64,000 nt of DNA from Actinomycetota bacterium. Lineage in GTDB: Bacteria; Actinomycetota; Acidimicrobiia; Acidimicrobiales; VFJN01. The stretch is from contig JBKPAA010000060.1 of assembly GCA_046726215.1 (NCBI GenBank), positions 4,520-68,519 of the forward strand. The letters are read 5' to 3'. The notes below the pieces were generated by a model. The model saw only the letters and a list, made by a program, of their open reading frames with translations, did no database searches and was not told the DNA's origin. Positions 58,819 through 64,000 of this stretch are shown one piece after another; within the stretch, counting starts at the first letter, position 1; each line of letters starts with the position of its first letter. A program made the translations under genes and the position numbers.

Positions 58819-59469
58819 TCAGAGGTGACGAGATGCAAGCAGCTCGGTGCGCAGCACCTGGGCGAGCCATGCCTGGTGCTGTTCGGCGCGCCAGCCGAAC
58901 TCGACCGTGACGAGGTGGTAGAGCTCGGGACTGGCGAGGGCGCAGTACCGCTCCCCGGCCTCGGCGATCGACAATCCCGGCCTGAGCGCCTCGCCCAGGT
59001 ACTGGCGGATCCGTTCGGTCTGATGGGTCAGGCGTTCCTGCAACAGTCGCCGGCCGAGGGCCGCGGCGAACGCTTCCTTGTCGGCCGCGCCGCGGATGAT
59101 GGCGTGGATCGAGCGCGTGCGGCCCAGGATCCGGCAGCTGTACTCGACCATCTTTTCCAACCGCTCCGATGCGCCCGGCAGTTGAGCGACCATGTGCCAC
59201 CACACGCCGTCCTCCGCGATGGAGCCGTGGGGCCCGGTGATGTCCATGACGCCTTCGAGCAGGCCACGCTTGCCGCCGAGGGAGAGATAGATGGTCTCTG
59301 GGGAAACCCCGGCGTGGTCAGCCACGGCCGCCACCGTGGTTCCGGCGTAGCCGCGGTCGACGAAGAGCTCGAGGGCGGAGTCCAACACTCGGCGTCGTGT
59401 CTGTAGGGCCTGGCCGGCTCGCAGCGGTGAGCGGTAAGCCCGCCGCGGGCGCTTGACGTCTCCCGCCAT
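58819..59469 (-). CDS. TetR family transcriptional regulator
   Basis: The HTH is RRRVLDSALELFVDRGYAGTTVAAVADHAGVSPETIYLSLGGKRGLL. Confidence 0.9.
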   Translation of the reverse strand: MAGDVKRPRRAYRSPLRAGQALQTRRRVLDSALELFVDRGYAGTTVAAVADHAGVSPETIYLSLGGKRGLLEGVMDITGPHGSIAEDGVWWHMVAQLPGASERLEKMVEYSCRILGRTRSIHAIIRGAADKEAFAAALGRRLLQERLTHQTERIRQYLGEALRPGLSIAEAGERYCALASPELYHLVTVEFGWRAEQHQAWLAQVLRTELLASRHL

Positions 59470-59471
59470 TC

Positions 59472-59499
59472 CACTACAGTAATCACTAATTCACTACAG
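59472..59499. promoter_or_regulatory. Direct repeat CACTACAG (x2, 20-nt spacing) in the AT-rich TetR-hydrolase divergent region
   Basis: CACTACAG occurs at 59472-59479 and 59492-59499. The adjacent CTACAGCGTAG is palindromic. It is a candidate TetR operator. Confidence 0.3.
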
Positions 59500-59537
59500 C
59501 GTAGAAGTATCGGATTGCACTGCCGGGGGGGCGCGCC

Positions 59538-60368
59538 ATGGATCGTCTCGAGTTCGACGACGTCGAGCTGACCTATCGGCTGCACGAAGGCGGGGAACGC
59601 ATCGTTCTCGTGCATGCCAGTGCCTTCGTCTCGTGGTACGACCCCCTGGTCGAGCGGCTGACGGAGTTCTCGACCCTGAGGTACCGGCGCCGCCTCCGGC
59701 GATCCGACGGTGGCACGTACCGTCCGCTCACGCCCGCCGAGGACGCCGCCAGCTGCGCTCGGCTGATGGATCACGTCGGCTGGCAGGCCGCGCACATGGT
59801 GGGTCATTCCTACGGTGCGTTGGTCGCCCTCCAACTGGCGCTGGACCGGCCCGAACGCGTCGGGTCGGTGGCCCTGCTCGAACCCGCCGCCCGCGGCATC
59901 TCGAGCTCGGAGCAGGTTGCCGCCGCATTGCAGCCGGTCATCGCCGCCTACAGTTCCGGCGACAAGGCGGGGGCAGTGGACGGGTTTTTGCGTCACGTGT
60001 GCGGCGATGGCTACTGCGCCGTGCTCGATCGGGTCATCCCCGAGGCGTTTGGGGAGGCGCTCGGCGAGGCCGACCTGTTCTTCCAGGCGGAAATGCCAGC
60101 AGTGCAGCAGTGGAGCTTCGGGCCCCACCAGGCCCAGCGCATCCCGCAGCCCGTGCTCAACGTGCTCGGGACCGAGAGCGCGCCGCGGTTCGCGGAAGGG
60201 AGCGAGGTCGTACAGTCCTGGTTCCCGCAGGCCGACCGCTTGTCGGTGCCCGCGGCGGGGCACCTCCTGATGGTGCAGAACCCGGCCGCCTTGGCGCAGG
60301 GTCTGCGCGACTTCTTCGCTCGCCATCCCATCGACGAAGTCGGGCGGCCCGACCTGGCCATCCGGTAA
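59538..60368 (+). CDS. Alpha/beta hydrolase
   Basis: The nucleophile elbow is VGHSYGALVALQLA, with an HG-like LVHAS block near the N-terminus. Confidence 0.88.
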   Translation: MDRLEFDDVELTYRLHEGGERIVLVHASAFVSWYDPLVERLTEFSTLRYRRRLRRSDGGTYRPLTPAEDAASCARLMDHVGWQAAHMVGHSYGALVALQLALDRPERVGSVALLEPAARGISSSEQVAAALQPVIAAYSSGDKAGAVDGFLRHVCGDGYCAVLDRVIPEAFGEALGEADLFFQAEMPAVQQWSFGPHQAQRIPQPVLNVLGTESAPRFAEGSEVVQSWFPQADRLSVPAAGHLLMVQNPAALAQGLRDFFARHPIDEVGRPDLAIR

Positions 60369-60401
60369 GGCCCAGGCTGCGGCCCCGAGCCAGCGGGGAA
60401 C

Positions 60402-61469
60402 CTACGCAGAACCGAGCGGGCTCGCCGCCGCCGAGCGCGGTCCGACCTCCTCGCGGAGAACCCGCGCTCCGTCCGCCAGGGCACACATCTTGTCGAAGGC
60501 GACCTCTCGTGGGAGGTACTTCATGCCGCAGTCGGGGGCCACGATGACGTCCTCCGGCGCTACGTACGGCAGGGCGCGGCGGATCCGCTCCGCGACGACG
60601 TCTGCCGTTTCGACGGTGTGGTCGCCCAGGTCGATGACGCCGAGGATGATCTTCTTGCCCGGCAGCTCGGCCAGGATGGAACAGTCGAGCCGTGACTGGG
60701 CCGTCTCGATGGAGACGGCGTCGCACGAGCACGCCGACAGCTCGGGCAGGAACGAGTAGCCGCTGGGGCGGTCGTGGATGATGGCGGCATAACCGAAGCA
60801 GACGTGGACGGCGGTCATGCCGCCGATTTCGTCGAGCGCCCGCTCGAGCGCCTCCACGCCGTACTCCCTCGCCTTCTCGGGACGTGCCTGGAGGTACGGC
60901 TCGTCGATCTGCACCATGTCCGCACCGGCGTCGAAAAGGTCTCGGATCTCCTCGTTGACCGCCTCCGCGTACGCCAGCGCCGCGCTCGGCTCGTCGGCGT
61001 AGTGGCCGTTCTGCGCCTGCTGCGTCATCGTGAACGGGCCCGGAACGGTCATCTTGATCGGGCGATCCGTGTGCTTGCGCAGGAAGCGCAGGTCTTCGAC
61101 CTCGACGGGGTGGCGTCTCCGGATCGGGCCGACGATCCTCGGTACCGGGTTGGGATGACCGCTCCGGTCGAGAGCGGTCCCCGGGTTGTCGATGTCGACG
61201 CCATCGAGCGCCGTGGCGAACCGGTTCGAGTAGCTCTCGCGCCGTATCTCGCCGTCAGTGATGACGTCGAGGCCCGCTTCCTCCTGTGCCCGGATCGCCA
61301 GCACCGTGGCATCGTCCTGGGCCTCCTGCAGGTAGGGCTCCTCGACGCGCCACAGCTCACGCGCCCGCACGCGGGGCGGGAAGCGTCCCGCGAGCTTGCC
61401 CCGATCGATCAGCCACTCCGGCTGGGCGTAGCTGCCGACGAGCATCGTGGGGAAGAGCGGTAGCTCCAT
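60402..61469 (-). CDS. Cobalamin-independent methionine synthase catalytic-domain family protein (MetE C-terminal-like)
   Basis: RBS AGGAGG precedes ATG 61469. The blocks are PTMLVGSYAQPEWL, ITDGEIRRESY, QIDEPYL, HVCFGY and APDCGMKYL. Confidence 0.85.
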   Translation of the reverse strand: MELPLFPTMLVGSYAQPEWLIDRGKLAGRFPPRVRARELWRVEEPYLQEAQDDATVLAIRAQEEAGLDVITDGEIRRESYSNRFATALDGVDIDNPGTALDRSGHPNPVPRIVGPIRRRHPVEVEDLRFLRKHTDRPIKMTVPGPFTMTQQAQNGHYADEPSAALAYAEAVNEEIRDLFDAGADMVQIDEPYLQARPEKAREYGVEALERALDEIGGMTAVHVCFGYAAIIHDRPSGYSFLPELSACSCDAVSIETAQSRLDCSILAELPGKKIILGVIDLGDHTVETADVVAERIRRALPYVAPEDVIVAPDCGMKYLPREVAFDKMCALADGARVLREEVGPRSAAASPLGSA

Positions 61470-61634
61470 GCGGCCTCCTGCGACGATGGTCACATCCGGG
61501 TGCGGTCGTGTTGCGGGCGCCGGCGCGCGCCACTCGTTACATCCCGCGGTACGGGCCGAGTGTGGCACGAATGTTGGTGGGCCTCGGGGCACGGCGCCGC
61601 ACACCGAAACACTGAGGACGGAGGCGAATTCGGG

Positions 61635-62573
61635 ATGGCCGATCGAGGGGTGCACGGGGTACACGAGTACGAGGACGACCCGCGCAACGATGAGGTCCTC
61701 ATCTACGTGAACGGCGAGCTCAAGCGTCGCGCCGAGGCGGTGGTCTCGGTCTTCGACTCGGGGTTCGTGCTGGGCGATGGTGTGTGGGAGGGACTGCGTG
61801 TCCACGGCGGGCACCCCGTGTTCCTCGACCAGCATCTCGACCGCCTGTACGAGGGGGCCAAGGCGATCGCGCTGGACATCGGGCTCAGCCGACACGACCT
61901 GCGAAGGGCCATCTACCGGACGATTGGCGCCAACGAGATGACCGATGGCGTCCACGTGCGCCTCATGGTCACCCGGGGGGTGAAGCGGACGCCGTACCAG
62001 GATCCTCGCATGACCGTGGGACCGGCGACGCTCGTGATCGTCCCCGAGTACAAGCAGCCGAGCCGGGCCATCGTCGACACCGGGATCCGCCTCTTCACCG
62101 TGCACGTGCGGCGCCCGTACCCGGACGTCCTCGACCCCAAGTTGAACACCCTCAGCAAGCTCAACGACATCACCGCCTGCATCCAGGCCTACTCGGCGGG
62201 CGCTGACGAGGCATTGATGCTCGACCCCCACGGCTTCGTCGCCACCTGCAATTCCACCCACTTCTTCATCGTCCGGCGTGGCGAGCTGTGGACGTCGTCG
62301 GGCGCCTTCTGCCTGGGTGGCATCACGCGCGGGACCGTGCTTCGGTTGTCGCGTGACGCCGACATTCCGACGCATGAGCGCGACTTCAGCCTGACCGACG
62401 TGTACGGCGCCGACGAAGCCTTCGTCACCGGCACCTTTGCCGGGATCGTGCCCGTCCGCGAGGTCGATGGCCGCACGATCGGCGATCGTGACAGGCGGCC
62501 GGTCATGCACCGACTGCGCGCTCTGTACCAATCCGCCATCGAGCGCGACGTCACCGAGTCGGCGCGCCGCTGA
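61635..62573 (+). CDS. Class IV (fold-type IV) PLP aminotransferase / aminodeoxychorismate-lyase family protein
   Basis: The blocks are VSVFDSGFVLGDGVWEGLRV, FLDQHLDRLYEGA, LDPKLNTLSKLN, GGITRGTVL and EAFVTGTFAGIVPV. Confidence 0.88.
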   Translation: MADRGVHGVHEYEDDPRNDEVLIYVNGELKRRAEAVVSVFDSGFVLGDGVWEGLRVHGGHPVFLDQHLDRLYEGAKAIALDIGLSRHDLRRAIYRTIGANEMTDGVHVRLMVTRGVKRTPYQDPRMTVGPATLVIVPEYKQPSRAIVDTGIRLFTVHVRRPYPDVLDPKLNTLSKLNDITACIQAYSAGADEALMLDPHGFVATCNSTHFFIVRRGELWTSSGAFCLGGITRGTVLRLSRDADIPTHERDFSLTDVYGADEAFVTGTFAGIVPVREVDGRTIGDRDRRPVMHRLRALYQSAIERDVTESARR

Positions 62574-62585
62574 GGGTGTCGACCC

Positions 62586-63324
62586 GTGGAGATCGGCGCT
62601 GACGTGAATCGGCTGGCCGTGTGGTCGGGCCCCCGCAACATCTCCACTGCGCTGATGCGGTCATGGGAGAACCGCCGGGACACGGTGGTGATCGACGAGC
62701 CGCTGTATCCCCATTACCTGATGGTCACCGGCATGGACCATCCCGGCCGTGACGAGGTGATCGCCGCGGGCGAGACCGACTGGCGCAAGGTCGTGGCAAC
62801 GCTGCTCGGGCCGGTACCTGACGGGATCGGTGTCTTCTACCAGAAGCACATGGCCCACCACCTGCTGCCCGGCGTCGAGCGAGGATGGGTCACCAGCCTC
62901 ACGAACCTCATGCTGATCCGTGACCCCCGCGAGGTGGTGGCGTCCTACGTCCGCTCCCGCGCCGACGTCACCGCAGAGGATCTGGGCCTTCCCCAGCAGG
63001 TCCAGCTGTACGACGACCTGGTGGCGGCGGGAATGCCGCCACCCGTGATCGATGCGCGCGACTTCCTGGTCCATCCCGAGCCGTACCTCCGAGCGATGTG
63101 CCGCCACCTCGGGGTGGCCTTCTCGGGGCGCATGCTGGCGTGGCCGCCGGGTCGCCGGGATTCCGACGGCGTGTGGGGCAGGTACTGGTACGACGCAGTC
63201 TGAGTCGACGGGGTTCGCCGAGTATCGGCCCCGCGACCCGCAACTGGATGGCCCGGCGGACGCGGTGGCCGAGGAGTGCCGGCCTCTGTACGAGCGCTTG
63301 CACGAGGTGCGTTGGGTGCTCTGA
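62586..63324 (+). pseudogene. Sulfotransferase-like P-loop family protein with an apparent frameshift near 63190-63200
   Basis: Frame 1 reads VWSGPRNISTALMRSWENRRDTVVIDEPLY...RYWYDAV, then TGA at 63201. The conserved-looking tail STGFAEYRPRDPQLDG...CRPLYERLHEVR continues in another frame to TGA 63322-63324. A strong hairpin follows directly. Confidence 0.65.
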
Positions 63325-63330
63325 GCGCCC

Positions 63331-63356
63331 GGGCAGCCGCCGGCAGGCGGCTGCCC
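63331..63356 (+). terminator. Perfect 11-bp stem / 4-nt loop hairpin
   Basis: The hairpin is GGGCAGCCGCC-GGCA-GGCGGCTGCCC, 7 nt after the shifted-frame stop. There is no U-tract, as is common in high-GC actinobacteria. Confidence 0.55.
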
Positions 63357-63479
63357 GCCGGCACGCACCCAAGATCCGTACTGATGTCCGTGCCAGCACG
63401 GATGTCACCGGGGCCCGGGTGTGTGCACCCTTCACGACGAACCACCGGTCACCCGGTGGCGACGACAAAGGAGGGTGTC

Positions 63480-63944
63480 ATGAGGGTGCGCAGTACGAGG
63501 CGACTGCTGGTATCAACCCTCGTCGGGCTAGTGGCGGCGGGTCTCCTGTCCATCGGACTTTCCTTCGCGGCTCCGGCGGGCGCGGCCACGCCGCTTCACC
63601 TGACGTTCGAGAAGCAATCCGTCGCGGTCGGCGTGTGGGAGGGCAGCGTCTCCGGAGATGTCGATGGGGACCTGACCACGGTCCTCACCGGGTGCACGGG
63701 CCCGAACCCCTGCGCCGGGCCGATCTGGAACGTCGAGTTCGACTGGATCATCGACGCCGGGGCCGAGTCGTTCACCGCCCACCTCAGCGGGGTTCTCAAC
63801 ACCGTGACGGGGGCCGCGATCATGAACGGGACCGTGGTCGACGGGTTCCTCCAAGGCGCGCAGGTCCACGAGGAAGGGCAGCTCGTGAATCCGGCAACGC
63901 TGGGGTTCGAGGGAACCATCAGCGTCATGCCGTCCACGGCCTGA
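63480..63944 (+). CDS. Secreted protein of unknown function
   Basis: RBS AAGGAGGG precedes ATG 63480. The signal peptide is MRVRSTRRLLVSTLVGLVAAGLLSIGLSFAAPAGA. Confidence 0.7.
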   Translation: MRVRSTRRLLVSTLVGLVAAGLLSIGLSFAAPAGAATPLHLTFEKQSVAVGVWEGSVSGDVDGDLTTVLTGCTGPNPCAGPIWNVEFDWIIDAGAESFTAHLSGVLNTVTGAAIMNGTVVDGFLQGAQVHEEGQLVNPATLGFEGTISVMPSTA

Positions 63945-64000
63945 GGCCCGACGAGGCGCTCGAGCACGAGGAGGATGGGCCGTCCCCACGGGGGCGGCCC

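Noticed and set aside
61470-61634. B12 or SAM riboswitch in the leader of the MetE-like gene.
   Set aside because: The divergent spacer is only 165 nt and must also hold two promoters. I could not find a B12 box or the conserved SAM-IV/SAM-I junction sequences. A covariance-model scan would still be needed to exclude this fully.

Overview
Very high-GC, Actinomycetota-like chromosomal segment, densely coding on both strands, with many GTG starts and 4-nt ATGA/GTGA stop-start overlaps. I support about 70 genes, one tRNA-Cys, several short repeat families and candidate operator or terminator structures. I found no rRNA, no CRISPR array and no intact integrase or transposase. Regulators are abundant: 4 ECF sigma factors, 4 TetR, and MarR, HxlR and MocR regulators. 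There are also 3 large STAND/AAA regulators (cyclase-like-NB-ARC-TPR-LuxR, LAL-type LuxR, SARP-AAA-TPR). Transporters include 2 DHA2 MFS pumps, an ABC-2 exporter, an EamA transporter, 2 divergent AI-2E transporters and a CPH-type copper P-type ATPase. Housekeeping and accessory enzymes include gnd, an acyl-CoA dehydrogenase, a P450, a MetE-like enzyme, a class IV aminotransferase and a stand-alone LigD polymerase domain. No textbook defence or mobile system is visible. The observations I rate highest are listed here. (1) A six-gene minus-strand cluster (18159-22008) holds a SigG-type ECF sigma that lacks its usual fused NTF2/SnoaL-like domain. It also holds two free NTF2-like proteins (one fused to a ClpX-type zinc ribbon), a 78-aa ORF and an ABC-2 exporter. 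A second sigma is truncated at the same point at 39617-40333. (2) A 20-nt direct repeat exactly brackets the first NTF2-like gene. (3) A roughly 115-nt structured repeat occurs twice, supplies the last codons and stop of two unrelated genes, and shows one compensatory stem change. (4) A lower-GC decaying patch (30.4-34.1 kb) carries multi-frameshift pseudogenes and an HNH remnant. Several apparent frameshifts could be assembly errors. All family names come from motif recognition by eye, not from searches.
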